Shown piece after piece: positions 47,091 to 56,113 of a DNA stretch of 64,000 bases. The stretch comes from a bacterium (GTDB lineage Bacteria; Actinomycetota; Acidimicrobiia; Spongiisociales; ZC4RG35): the NCBI GenBank assembly GCA_024641285.1, contig JAHEDH010000001.1, forward strand, positions 4,135 through 68,134. The letters are read 5' to 3'. Under the pieces are notes generated by a model. That model was given only the letters and a program-made list of their open reading frames with translations. It did no database searches and had not been told where the DNA came from. Position 1 is the stretch's first letter, and each line of letters opens with the position of its first letter. The position numbers and the translations under genes are program-made.

Positions 47091-48737
47091 ATGCCCTCCA
47101 CAGACCGGCCCGATCGGTTACGGCTTCTCGAAGACGCCCGGGCGGCCTACGAGGACCGGGCCTGGGCGCGATCCCATGCGGCGTTCGCCGAAGCGGATGC
47201 CGGCGGACCGATCGGGCCATCCGAGCTGGCGCTGATGGCGACCAGCGCCTACATGCTCGGACATGTCGCCGAGATGCTCGGACTCTTGGAGCGAGCGCAC
47301 CATGCCTACCTCGATGCCGGAGACCTGCTGGCATCGGCGCGAACCGGGTTGTGGCTGGCAACCAACCTGATGAGCCGCGGCAAGATCCCCCAGGCCAGCG
47401 GATGGGTCGAACGCTGCGAACGGCTCCTCGCCGACGCCCCGGAGGAATGCGTCGAACGCGGCTATCTGCTGATGCCGCAGATGCTGAGGGAGGTCTTCGC
47501 CGAGCAATTCGGTGAAGTCGTGAGGGTTGCCGCGGAGGCGGCCCAGGTCGGACGGCGGTTCGACGATCCGGACCTGACCGCCCTCGCTGCCCAGACCCAG
47601 GGCAGGGCACTACTCAAGCTCGGACGGACCGACGAAGGGCTCCGCGTCCTCGACGAGGTGATGGTCACGGCTGCGAGCTCGAGGTTGTCGCCGATGGTGA
47701 CGGGCCTCGTGTACTGCAGCGTCCTCGAAGGCTGCTTCGAGTCCCACGCCATCACACGGGCGGCGACGTGGACCCGCGAGCTGACCGACTGGTGCGGCTC
47801 ACAGCCGGACCTCGTCGCGTTCAATGACCGATGCCTCGCCCACCGCTCGGAGACCCTCCGCCTCCAGGGCGCCTGGGAGGAGGCCGTGCAAGAGGCAGAA
47901 CGCGCCCGCGCTCTCGGAGCGCGCCATCAGATCGCCGCCCAAGCTTCGTACCAGCTCGCCGAGATCCATCGCATGCGGGGCGAATTCGAACAGGCAGCAG
48001 AGTCGTATCGGGAAGTGATCCGCGACGGCGGCGACCCCATGCCCGGGCTGGCGCTACTCAGGGTCGCCCAGGGAGACGCAGAGGCGGCTCTTGTGTCACT
48101 CGGAGACGCAATCGCCGACACCGAAGACCCGTACCACCAGGTTGCACTCCTCCCGGCCTATGTCGAAATCGCAATTGCAGCCAAGCATTCCACCGAAGCC
48201 CATGACGCCGCCGAGTCCCTCGCCCAAATCGCCACCGCGACGGGAGCCGACGTTCACGCTGCGTGGGCCATGCGTGCTCGGGGCCAGGTCGCCCTGGCTG
48301 ATCGTCGAATCTCCCAGGCGGTTCGAAACCTCCGAGACGCCGCGTCACTATGGCGCGACCTCTCGGTCCCCTATGAGCTCGCACGGACCAGAGTCGATCT
48401 CGGACTGGCATTGGAGGCTCGGGGCGATTCCGAAGCGGCGGGTGCCGAACTCGAAGCTGCCCGGAGCGTGTTCGATCGGCTCGGTGCGGCCCCCGACATC
48501 CGTGCTGTCGACGATCACGTCCACCCGCCGAAGACAGACTGGCCGGGTGGTCTCACAGACCGTGAGGTCGAGGTGCTCCGAATGCTGACGTCCGGCGCAA
48601 CGAATCGCGCAATCGCGGCGGATCTCATCGTGAGCGAGCGCACCATCGACCGGCACGTGTCGAACATCTTCACGAAGCTGGGCGTGTCCTCGCGTTCGGC
48701 TGCGACCGCCTTCGCAATCCGAAACGGGCTCGCCTGA
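47091..48737 (+). CDS. LuxR-family transcriptional regulator with a large helical (TPR-like) N-terminal domain
   Basis: C-terminal LuxR HTH (LTDREVEVLRMLTSGATNRAIAADLIVSERTIDRHVSNIFTKLGVSSR). Confidence 0.8.
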   Translation: MPSTDRPDRLRLLEDARAAYEDRAWARSHAAFAEADAGGPIGPSELALMATSAYMLGHVAEMLGLLERAHHAYLDAGDLLASARTGLWLATNLMSRGKIPQASGWVERCERLLADAPEECVERGYLLMPQMLREVFAEQFGEVVRVAAEAAQVGRRFDDPDLTALAAQTQGRALLKLGRTDEGLRVLDEVMVTAASSRLSPMVTGLVYCSVLEGCFESHAITRAATWTRELTDWCGSQPDLVAFNDRCLAHRSETLRLQGAWEEAVQEAERARALGARHQIAAQASYQLAEIHRMRGEFEQAAESYREVIRDGGDPMPGLALLRVAQGDAEAALVSLGDAIADTEDPYHQVALLPAYVEIAIAAKHSTEAHDAAESLAQIATATGADVHAAWAMRARGQVALADRRISQAVRNLRDAASLWRDLSVPYELARTRVDLGLALEARGDSEAAGAELEAARSVFDRLGAAPDIRAVDDHVHPPKTDWPGGLTDREVEVLRMLTSGATNRAIAADLIVSERTIDRHVSNIFTKLGVSSRSAATAFAIRNGLA

Positions 48738-48846
48738 CCTGGGTGGAACTACCCACCCGAGCAGACCACCAGATTGGGTAGTGCCCCCGATGCGGCACTT
48801 CCCGAGCCGCCATACGGTGACCGCACACTCACTTCGGGAGCAGAAC

Positions 48847-49953
48847 ATGGTCGGCCAGCCGGCAGACACGAGGTACATCGACACGGTGGTGATCGGGGGC
48901 GGACAGACAGGTCTGACCATCGGTCACGAACTGAGGCAACGCGGTTGCGACTTCGTCATCCTCGACGCCAACGAGCGGATCGGCGACGCATGGCGCAATC
49001 GATGGGACTCCCTCCTCCTCTTCACGCCGGCCCGATACAACGGTCTCCCGGGCCTGGCGTTTCCCGGCAAGCCCGACGAGTTCATCGGCAAGGACGATCT
49101 GGCCGCCTATCTCGAGCTTTACGCCGAGGCGCACGACCTCCCTGTCATGTCCGGCACACGGGTCACACGCGTCTCCCACGATGGCGCCGAATACCTGGTC
49201 GAGGCAGACGGACTGCAGCTGCGATCGGCGAACGTGATCGTGGCCATGGCCAACTACCAGGCCCCCAAGGTCCCCGACTTCGCACCCGATATCGACCCCC
49301 GCATCTTCCAGATGCATTCGAATTCGTACCGTCGCCCTTCCCAGCTCAACGACGGCCCGGCCCTCGTGGTCGGCCTCGGCAATTCGGGAGCCGACATCGG
49401 GCTCGAGCTCGCATCGACCCGGACGACGTACGTCTCGGGTCGACCGAATGCAGTGATCCCGTTCCGGATCGAACCGTGGCTCGGCCGCAACGTCGGGGTC
49501 CGGCTCGTCCGCTGGTTGGCGGTGAGACTGCTGAGCACCGCCACCCCGATCGGCAGGAAGGCGAGACCGAAGATCATGTCGCAGAGCGGCGCTCCGCTGG
49601 TCAGGGTGAAACCGCGCGACCTCGTCGCTGCCGGCGCCCGACGGGTCGAGCGGGTGACCGGCGTGTTCGACGGGAAGCCGCAGCTCGCCGACGGGACCGT
49701 TCTCGACGTGGCGAACATCATCTGGTGCACCGGATTCAAGCCCGGCTTCGACTGGATCGATCTGCCCGTCTTCGACGACGAGGGCCGGCCCACCCATGAG
49801 CGGGGGATCGTCGCAGGCCAGCCGGGCTTCTACTTCTGTGGCCTCTTCTTTCAACACTCGCTCTGGTCGGAGACGCTGTCCGGCATGCCGATCGACGCCG
49901 TTCACGTCGTCGATCACCTCGTCATCGAGCGTCCCGCGCTCGCCACGACCTGA
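48847..49953 (+). CDS. Flavin-containing-monooxygenase-like NAD(P)/FAD-dependent oxidoreductase
   Basis: VVIGGGQTG and second dinucleotide motif VVGLGNSGADIG. Start ATG 48847 (GGAG 8 nt upstream). Confidence 0.75.
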   Translation: MVGQPADTRYIDTVVIGGGQTGLTIGHELRQRGCDFVILDANERIGDAWRNRWDSLLLFTPARYNGLPGLAFPGKPDEFIGKDDLAAYLELYAEAHDLPVMSGTRVTRVSHDGAEYLVEADGLQLRSANVIVAMANYQAPKVPDFAPDIDPRIFQMHSNSYRRPSQLNDGPALVVGLGNSGADIGLELASTRTTYVSGRPNAVIPFRIEPWLGRNVGVRLVRWLAVRLLSTATPIGRKARPKIMSQSGAPLVRVKPRDLVAAGARRVERVTGVFDGKPQLADGTVLDVANIIWCTGFKPGFDWIDLPVFDDEGRPTHERGIVAGQPGFYFCGLFFQHSLWSETLSGMPIDAVHVVDHLVIERPALATT

Positions 49954-50093
49954 CGCGGGACAGACTCGAGTGTTCGAAGACTCGACGAATCGATCTGTCC
50001 GTCACAGGGCCACCGGGCTGCGTGGCCGGTTCCTGGCGCGGTCACGGTCGTGTTCACACGGGCCGACACAGACATGCCCGGTACCCTCGCTGC

Positions 50094-50564
50094 ATGGAGA
50101 TCAACCCCCAACTCGAGCGGATCTCGTTTCTGATCGGCACCTGGCGCGGCCATGGCCGTGGCGTGTATCCGACCATCGAGGCGTTCGAGTACGACGAAGA
50201 GATCGACCTCGCCCCGCTCGGACCCAAGCCGATGCTCAGATACTCGCAGTCCACCTGGATGCCGGGCACCCGGGACCCACTGCACAGCGAGATCGGATAT
50301 GTGCGTCCCGTCGGCACGGACGCGGCCGAACTCATCATTGCCCAGCCGACGGGGATCACCGAGATCCACACCGGGACGATCATCGAGCGTCGCATCGAGT
50401 TTCGAACCGTTTCCGTCGAGCGAGCGCCAAGTGCCAAAGAAGTCCTGTCGGTCGAACGTCGGATCGAGGTGCACGAAGGTCGGCTCACGTACGAGCTGTT
50501 CATGGGGGCAGTCGGACAGCCGCACCAGCTCCACCTGGAAGCCACCCTGGAGAAGTCGAAATGA
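50094..50564 (+). CDS. Nitrobindin / THAP4-C-like heme-binding beta-barrel (DUF1794) protein
   Basis: MEINPQLERISFLIGTWRGHGRGVYPTIEAFEYDEEI...; 156 aa from ATG 50094. Confidence 0.65.
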   Translation: MEINPQLERISFLIGTWRGHGRGVYPTIEAFEYDEEIDLAPLGPKPMLRYSQSTWMPGTRDPLHSEIGYVRPVGTDAAELIIAQPTGITEIHTGTIIERRIEFRTVSVERAPSAKEVLSVERRIEVHEGRLTYELFMGAVGQPHQLHLEATLEKSK

Positions 50565-51112
50565 TCAGCTCGGGTCGGTGACCTGACCAAAGAACAGCAT
50601 CTCGCCCGTCGTGGTGTGCTCGATCCAGAAGCGGAACGGGTGGTCGGCAGAGAACGTCGCCGGCTCGGGCGCCGGCGCCGACCGGTGGTTCGAATGCGGC
50701 GCGCATCCCGAGCGTCTGGAGCGCCGACTTCAGCGAGATCTGCGCCTCGAACTCGAAGGACGGCAGCGTGATTTCCACACCGCGATCCTCTCAGGCGATC
50801 TGCAGGTCGGCCGGCTGCAACGATGCCGCCGGCTCGGCCGGTGTTCCCTCATCGGGCAGGAGGATGACCGTTGCTGCGTCGCCGGCGTACGGCAATCGCA
50901 CGGCCCGACAGCCGTCTGCCTCGGCATATGCCGTTCGTAGGTCCGTGTGCATCAAAGGAGTCTGGACCTCGGCCCTGTCGGTTCTGTGCCTGTGCGCGTA
51001 CCTGTACGGCGGTCACGCCGGCCGTGCCGACGGTCTTGATGTCGCTCGGAGCTGCGGCCATCACGGCCGGCAGAACGAGCAGCGCGAGGATCAACAGTGT
51101 CTTGCGCCTCAT
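50565..51112 (-). pseudogene. Decayed serpin gene: signal peptide plus fragments of s3A, s3C and the C-terminal s4B/s5B motifs in three frames, with a premature in-frame TGA and large internal deletions
   Basis: Frame 1: MRRKTLLILALLVLPAVMAAAPS... after an AAGGAGG RBS. Frame 2: ...VQTPLMHTDLRTAYAEADGCRAVRLPYAGDAATVILLPDEG...LQPADLQIA*EDRGVEITLPSFEFEAQISLKSALQTLGMRAAF. Frame 3: ...FSADHPFRFWIEHTTTGEMLFFGQVTDPS*. Total about 180 codons against about 400 in an intact serpin. Confidence 0.55.
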
Positions 51113-51207
51113 CTCTGGGCCTCCTTTCGGCCCAAGTACACCCCCATGTGACCTCTGCGACGTGAAGACGCCGACATCGCGATCGTGAAGCCCGGGCTCG
51201 GCTGCGA

Positions 51208-51429
51208 TCAGGACCGGAACAGCTCGAGCAGGAGCAAGCCCACACCCATGAGCGCCACCATCAGCCCGATGAACCGCACGAGGAACTCGTAGGAGGCCAT
51301 CGCCTCTCCCCCGCGCCGGTCGAGGGCATTCGGCCACACGCGCACGGCCCGTTTGACGACGTGCAGTGAGTTTGCGGCGGCCAGCCCGCCCAACACCAGC
51401 AGCAACGCACCGACAAGTGCCAGATACAT
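51208..51429 (-). CDS. Small (73-aa) two-helix membrane protein of unknown function
   Basis: MYLALVGALLLVLGGLAANSLHVV...FLVRFIGLMVALMGVGLLLLELFRS; GGGAGGT RBS 5 nt upstream of the ATG. Confidence 0.45.
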   Translation of the reverse strand: MYLALVGALLLVLGGLAAANSLHVVKRAVRVWPNALDRRGGEAMASYEFLVRFIGLMVALMGVGLLLLELFRS

Positions 51430-51508
51430 CGGTACCTCCCGGTTCCATCGTGGTGCCCCGACCAGGCCGAAGACAGAGGAATAGGACCCCCGCCGGCGCA
51501 CGACGCGC

Positions 51509-53281
51509 TCAGCCGCGGCTGGGCTCCGACGAGACGACGCGCCCGGGAGGTGTGGCCTCGAACTCCGATCTGGCAGCCGGGACGGTGAGCCAGAAGCAGG
51601 CGCCGCCGAGACGCTCCGAGACCTTGTGGCCGGTGTGACCATCGTGCGCAACAACCAGTTGACGGGCGATGGACAGTCCGAGCCCGGAACCCTGAACGGC
51701 ACTGAGATACGTGTGAGGTCCTCGTTCGAAGCGGTCCCAGATCGTCACCTCGTACTTCTTCGGAATCCCAGGACCGTTGTCGTGCACCTCGATCGTCGTC
51801 TCACCGCCGGCGCGGTAGGCGCGCACTTCGACGACACCATTTCCATAGCGGCCGGCGTTGGTGAGGTAGTTCACGAGCACCTGCCGGAGCCGGTCGACGT
51901 CACCGAGCACTGTCAGACCAGGCTCGACGTGTGCGGAGATCTGCGCCATGGAAGCGCCGTTGGTGAGCATCCCGACTGCCGAATCGATCAGCTCCGACGC
52001 GGGGATGGTCGAGTAGGTGAGCTTGGTCGTTCCGAGCTTGTCCCTGGCTACCTCCACGAGGTCTCCGACGATTCGGGAGAGGTGCTTCGTCTGGGCGTTG
52101 ACGATGGAGATCATCTCCACTCGATCGTCTCGGGGGAGATCTGGATCGAAATCGAGGATGTCGGTGAAGCCCGACATGGCAGTCAGCGGAGTGCGCAGCT
52201 CGTGAGATATGGAAGCGACGAGATCGTTGCGCTGTTTCTCGACCACGTCCCGAGTCTCCTTGATCGCCACACCCTGGCGAGCGATCACTATGAGCCCGAC
52301 GACGGCGGTGGCGACCTGCAGGATCGTCGCCTGCTCGCCGAGCTCGCCCATCGTCAGAGCGAACAGCACGGCGATCGCCGAGTAAGGCGCAACCATCGGC
52401 CAGATCCGTCCTGGCCGATCCGCCTGCTCTCGGAGGACGGTTGGACCTGCGACCATGAGAGCCGCAATCGCAAACAAGCCATAGCCGAGCAGCCATGCTG
52501 CATCCAGTCGCCCACCCTCGAAATACGTATCCGCCTCGACCTGGAACACATACGCCATGTCTGCGAGCGCAGTCACGAGCATTCCGGCCGAGACGAGGAG
52601 CAGGCGACCATCGAACTGGAGCTGCGAGCGACGAGTCGCCAGAATCATCAGAGCGACCAAGAGGATCAGGTCGCCGACGGGATACGCGAGGTTGATCACG
52701 TTCTCCAGGATGCCCGCCTCGGAGTCCAGGTAGATGGCGTCCTTGAGATAGAACGTCCAGACGATCGCGGACAATGCCATCGTCCCCGCCAGGGCGTCGA
52801 GTGTGAGGCGGGCCCGTTCCCACTTCCGGACTTGCATGTGGGGAAGCATCAGAATGCCGATGAAGATGACGGGATAGGCGGCAACGTAGAACACATCCGC
52901 AAGGCCAGGATACGGCACGTCCACATCGAGGAACCAGGAGTAGTAGATCCAGATCAGCTCGCCGACTCCCCAGGCGGCCACGCCGACGCCGATCAGCGTC
53001 CAGGCGGCGGTGCCCGTTTCTTTCCGCCGAAGCGCCGCCGCAACGAGGAGCAAACCGGCGCCAATGGGGCCGATCGCGAATGTCCAGTTGGTCACACCGA
53101 AGATGAAGTCCTCGCTGCCGACCTGGAACCCCATGACGAGGGCTCCGATCAGGCACGCTCCCACCACGAGCAGCCAGAAGGCGCGGAGTGCGTACGAGAG
53201 CTGGGCCCAAGCGGCCCGCCATATGGGGAAGAGTTGTTTCGACGACCAGGGGATCGCCTTTGCGTATGTGAGTCCAGCCAT
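51509..53281 (-). CDS. Sensor histidine kinase with an N-terminal polytopic (about 8-10 TM) membrane sensor domain; no adjacent response regulator
   Basis: H-box ISHELRTPL; HATPase (NYLTNAGRYG, GSGLGLSIARQLV). Start taken at ATG 53281 so as not to overlap the divergent oxidoreductase gene; the GTG 53446 alternative is unlikely. Confidence 0.7.
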   Translation of the reverse strand: MAGLTYAKAIPWSSKQLFPIWRAAWAQLSYALRAFWLLVVGACLIGALVMGFQVGSEDFIFGVTNWTFAIGPIGAGLLLVAAALRRKETGTAAWTLIGVGVAAWGVGELIWIYYSWFLDVDVPYPGLADVFYVAAYPVIFIGILMLPHMQVRKWERARLTLDALAGTMALSAIVWTFYLKDAIYLDSEAGILENVINLAYPVGDLILLVALMILATRRSQLQFDGRLLLVSAGMLVTALADMAYVFQVEADTYFEGGRLDAAWLLGYGLFAIAALMVAGPTVLREQADRPGRIWPMVAPYSAIAVLFALTMGELGEQATILQVATAVVGLIVIARQGVAIKETRDVVEKQRNDLVASISHELRTPLTAMSGFTDILDFDPDLPRDDRVEMISIVNAQTKHLSRIVGDLVEVARDKLGTTKLTYSTIPASELIDSAVGMLTNGASMAQISAHVEPGLTVLGDVDRLRQVLVNYLTNAGRYGNGVVEVRAYRAGGETTIEVHDNGPGIPKKYEVTIWDRFERGPHTYLSAVQGSGLGLSIARQLVVAHDGHTGHKVSERLGGACFWLTVPAARSEFEATPPGRVVSSEPSRG

Positions 53282-53436
53282 TCGGTCCAGGTCGGCGGAT
53301 GTTTCGAAGACATAAGGATTCGCAATAGGTCGACATTTGCGGCTGTGCAAAACCGTGATGTAGCACGTCGCACCACCGCTGTTGCACGCGATCGCGATAC
53401 CGTGATCGGGAGAACGCCCCCAGAAGTAGTAGCCAG

Positions 53437-55041
53437 ATGCCGACACCGATGAGCAGCCGAGATCGACCCTGGAGCCACGAAGTCCCCGATGGGCCGTGGG
53501 ACGCCATCGTGATCGGATCCGGAATGGGAGGGATGGCGAGCGCGGCCGTGCTCGCCAGGCTCGGACAGCGCGTGCTCGTACTGGAACAGCACGTCATCCC
53601 GGGTGGCTTCACCCAGACCTTCAAGCGGCCTGGACATCACTGGGATGTCGGCGTCCACATCGTCGGCGAGATGACCGAGCGGACGTTCGCCGGGCGTCTC
53701 CTGGCCGACCTCACAGACAGACGGCTCGAGTGGCAGTCGGTCGGACCGATCTACGACGAATTCAACTTCCCCGATGGTTTCACCATCCAGTTCCCCGACT
53801 CACCCGAAGCCTTCCGAGCGACGCTCGTCGACTACTTCCCAGACGAGCGCAAGGGGATCGACGACTATCTGGCGCTCGTGCGCCGGGTCTCCCGCGCAGC
53901 CGGGCGGAACCTCCAGATGCGGGCATTGCCTTGGTACCTGGCGCCCGGCGGGCGCAGGAAGGCCGCCGAGACCGCCCATGAGCACATCGCAGCCACCACC
54001 CAGAGCGTGCTGGACTCGCTCATCGCCGACCCGCACCTGCGCTCGGTGCTCGCCGCCCAGTGGGGCTACTACGGCGTCCCGCCGTCGCGTTCGTCGTTCG
54101 CCATGCATGCCCTCATGGTCCAGCACTTCCTCTACGGCGCCTCCTACCCGGTCGGGAGCGCCGCGAGCATCGCACCCGCCCTCCTCCAGACGGTTGCTGA
54201 CGCCGGCGGCTGGACAGCCGTCCGGCGAACCGTCGACCGGATCATCGTCCGCCGCGGCCGGGCCGCCGGTGTGCGGCTCGACGACGGCACCGAGATCGAG
54301 TCCGATCGGGTGGTCAGCGCTGCCGGGGCGATACCAACTGCCGCCATGCTCTCCGGTGAGACGCCCGACGGTTGGGACGAGGGGTACCGCCGCCCCGGGC
54401 CGGCCCATCTCAGCCTGTACCTCGGGTTCGCAGGCACCGACATCTCCGAGCACGGCGCCGAGCGCTACTGCCAGTGGTACTACGACTCGTGGGACACCGA
54501 GACGATCGGCTGGGACATCGACCGAGAGCGGGACCTCGGCACAGCCCCCGTGCTGTTCTGCAGTTTCCCGTCGGTCAAAGACCCGCTGCACGACCCGGGC
54601 CCCGAACAGCGCCACACGGGTGAGGCCATCACCTTCGTGCCGTGGGAGCCCTTCTCGACGTGGAAGGAAGCTCGCTGGAAGCGACGTGGGCCGGAGTACG
54701 ACGAATTCAAGGACCGCCTCACCGATGCCCTCCTCACTCAGTATCGCGAGGTGTATCCCGGGCTGGCGCAGTACGTCGAGCACGCCGAGCTGTCGACGCC
54801 GGTGTCGACTCACCATTTCACCTCTGCCCCGGAGGGATCGATCTATGGCCTCGCAACCGAGCCGGGACGCTTCGAGGACGAAACGCTGGTTCCCCGAAGC
54901 GCCATCTCGGGTCTGTTCCTGTCCGGAGCCGACGTCAGCACGCCAGGAGTGGCCGGGGCGCTGATGGGCGGGCTGCTGGCCGCGGTCGCGGCTTCGCCGA
55001 TCTCGGGCGGGCGCTACGTGCGGCGGCTCATGGCGCCCTGA
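53437..55041 (+). CDS. NAD(P)/FAD-dependent oxidoreductase of the phytoene-desaturase (CrtI) / retinol-saturase family
   Basis: AIVIGSGMGGMASAAVLARLGQRVLVLEQHVIPGG dinucleotide fold; 534 aa, amine-oxidase-like C-terminus. Confidence 0.7.
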   Translation: MPTPMSSRDRPWSHEVPDGPWDAIVIGSGMGGMASAAVLARLGQRVLVLEQHVIPGGFTQTFKRPGHHWDVGVHIVGEMTERTFAGRLLADLTDRRLEWQSVGPIYDEFNFPDGFTIQFPDSPEAFRATLVDYFPDERKGIDDYLALVRRVSRAAGRNLQMRALPWYLAPGGRRKAAETAHEHIAATTQSVLDSLIADPHLRSVLAAQWGYYGVPPSRSSFAMHALMVQHFLYGASYPVGSAASIAPALLQTVADAGGWTAVRRTVDRIIVRRGRAAGVRLDDGTEIESDRVVSAAGAIPTAAMLSGETPDGWDEGYRRPGPAHLSLYLGFAGTDISEHGAERYCQWYYDSWDTETIGWDIDRERDLGTAPVLFCSFPSVKDPLHDPGPEQRHTGEAITFVPWEPFSTWKEARWKRRGPEYDEFKDRLTDALLTQYREVYPGLAQYVEHAELSTPVSTHHFTSAPEGSIYGLATEPGRFEDETLVPRSAISGLFLSGADVSTPGVAGALMGGLLAAVAASPISGGRYVRRLMAP

Positions 55042-55142
55042 GCTTCGGATCCTGCCACTCCGGATAGCTTCGGCCGGCGGCGATTCCCCCTATCGCAGCA
55101 ACGTCACATGGAATAGGCTGGAGTTTCGCGAGAAAGTGCCTG

Positions 55143-56105
55143 ATGCCGATCTTCCCCCAAAACGTCATCGCCGTGATCTGGGACTTCGACAAGACCCTGA
55201 TCCCCGGTTACATGCAGAAGCCGCTGTTCGAGCGGTTCGGCATCGACCCGGTCCAGTTCTGGTCGGAATCCGACGGGCTCGCCCGCTTCTACGAGGGCCG
55301 GGGCGCACGCAGGACCAATGGCGACACCCTCTACCTCAACCACATCTTGACCTACGTCAGGGCCGGCCGGATGCCGGGCCTCCACAACGACCTGTTGCGC
55401 GAACTCGGCGGGGAGTTGACGTTCTACGACGGCATGCCCGAGTTCCTCGGGCACCTCAGCAAACACGTGGAGGGTTACCCCGGCTACGCCGACCACGGAA
55501 TCACCGTCGAGCATCATGTGATCTCCTCGGGCCTGCGTCAGATGATCCTCGGCAGCTCGGTCGCCCCGTTCCTCGACGGGGTCTGGGCTTGTGAGTTCGC
55601 CGAGGAGGTCGCTCAGCCGGACTACCTCGATTCCGGGCAGATGTTCGGCGGCGACGAGCGACTCATCCGTGAGATCGTCTACACGATCGACAACACCACG
55701 AAGACGCGCGCCGTCTTCGAGATCAACAAGGGATCCAACCGCAACCCCGACATCGACGTGAACGCCAAGATCGCCCACGAGGACCGCCGGATCCCGTTCC
55801 GGAACATGATCTACGTGGCCGACGGCCCCAGTGACGTTCCGGTGTTCTCGGTCATCGACCAGAACGGCGGCAAGACCTTTGCCGTCTATCGGCCCGGTTC
55901 CGCCACCGAGTTCGAACAGGTCAACCGCCTTCTCGAACAGGACCGAATCGACGCCTACGGCCCCGCCGACTACACCGACGGGAGCCAGACGGCGATGTGG
56001 CTGACCCACGCCGTGGAACGGATCGCCGATCAGATCGTCCGGGACCGTTCGAAGGCCCTTGCCGACCGACTGGGCGCACCGCCCGGGCACCTCGCCGACG
56101 ACTGA
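55143..56105 (+). CDS. HAD-superfamily hydrolase-like protein
   Basis: N-terminal DxDxT motif (VIWDFDKTLIP) and a later YVADGPSDVP motif. Confidence 0.5.
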   Translation: MPIFPQNVIAVIWDFDKTLIPGYMQKPLFERFGIDPVQFWSESDGLARFYEGRGARRTNGDTLYLNHILTYVRAGRMPGLHNDLLRELGGELTFYDGMPEFLGHLSKHVEGYPGYADHGITVEHHVISSGLRQMILGSSVAPFLDGVWACEFAEEVAQPDYLDSGQMFGGDERLIREIVYTIDNTTKTRAVFEINKGSNRNPDIDVNAKIAHEDRRIPFRNMIYVADGPSDVPVFSVIDQNGGKTFAVYRPGSATEFEQVNRLLEQDRIDAYGPADYTDGSQTAMWLTHAVERIADQIVRDRSKALADRLGAPPGHLADD

Positions 56106-56113
56106 GCCTGCAC

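Noticed and set aside
50849-51448. 199-aa ORF across the serpin region
   Set aside because: A chimera of non-coding upstream sequence and the serpin signal-peptide frame; better explained as part of the fragmented serpin pseudogene.
53282-53446. GTG-initiated 55-codon N-terminal extension of the polytopic histidine kinase
   Set aside because: Would overlap the divergent oxidoreductase start (53437) and consume the only AT-rich promoter-like spacer; the internal ATG 53281 was preferred, with modest confidence.
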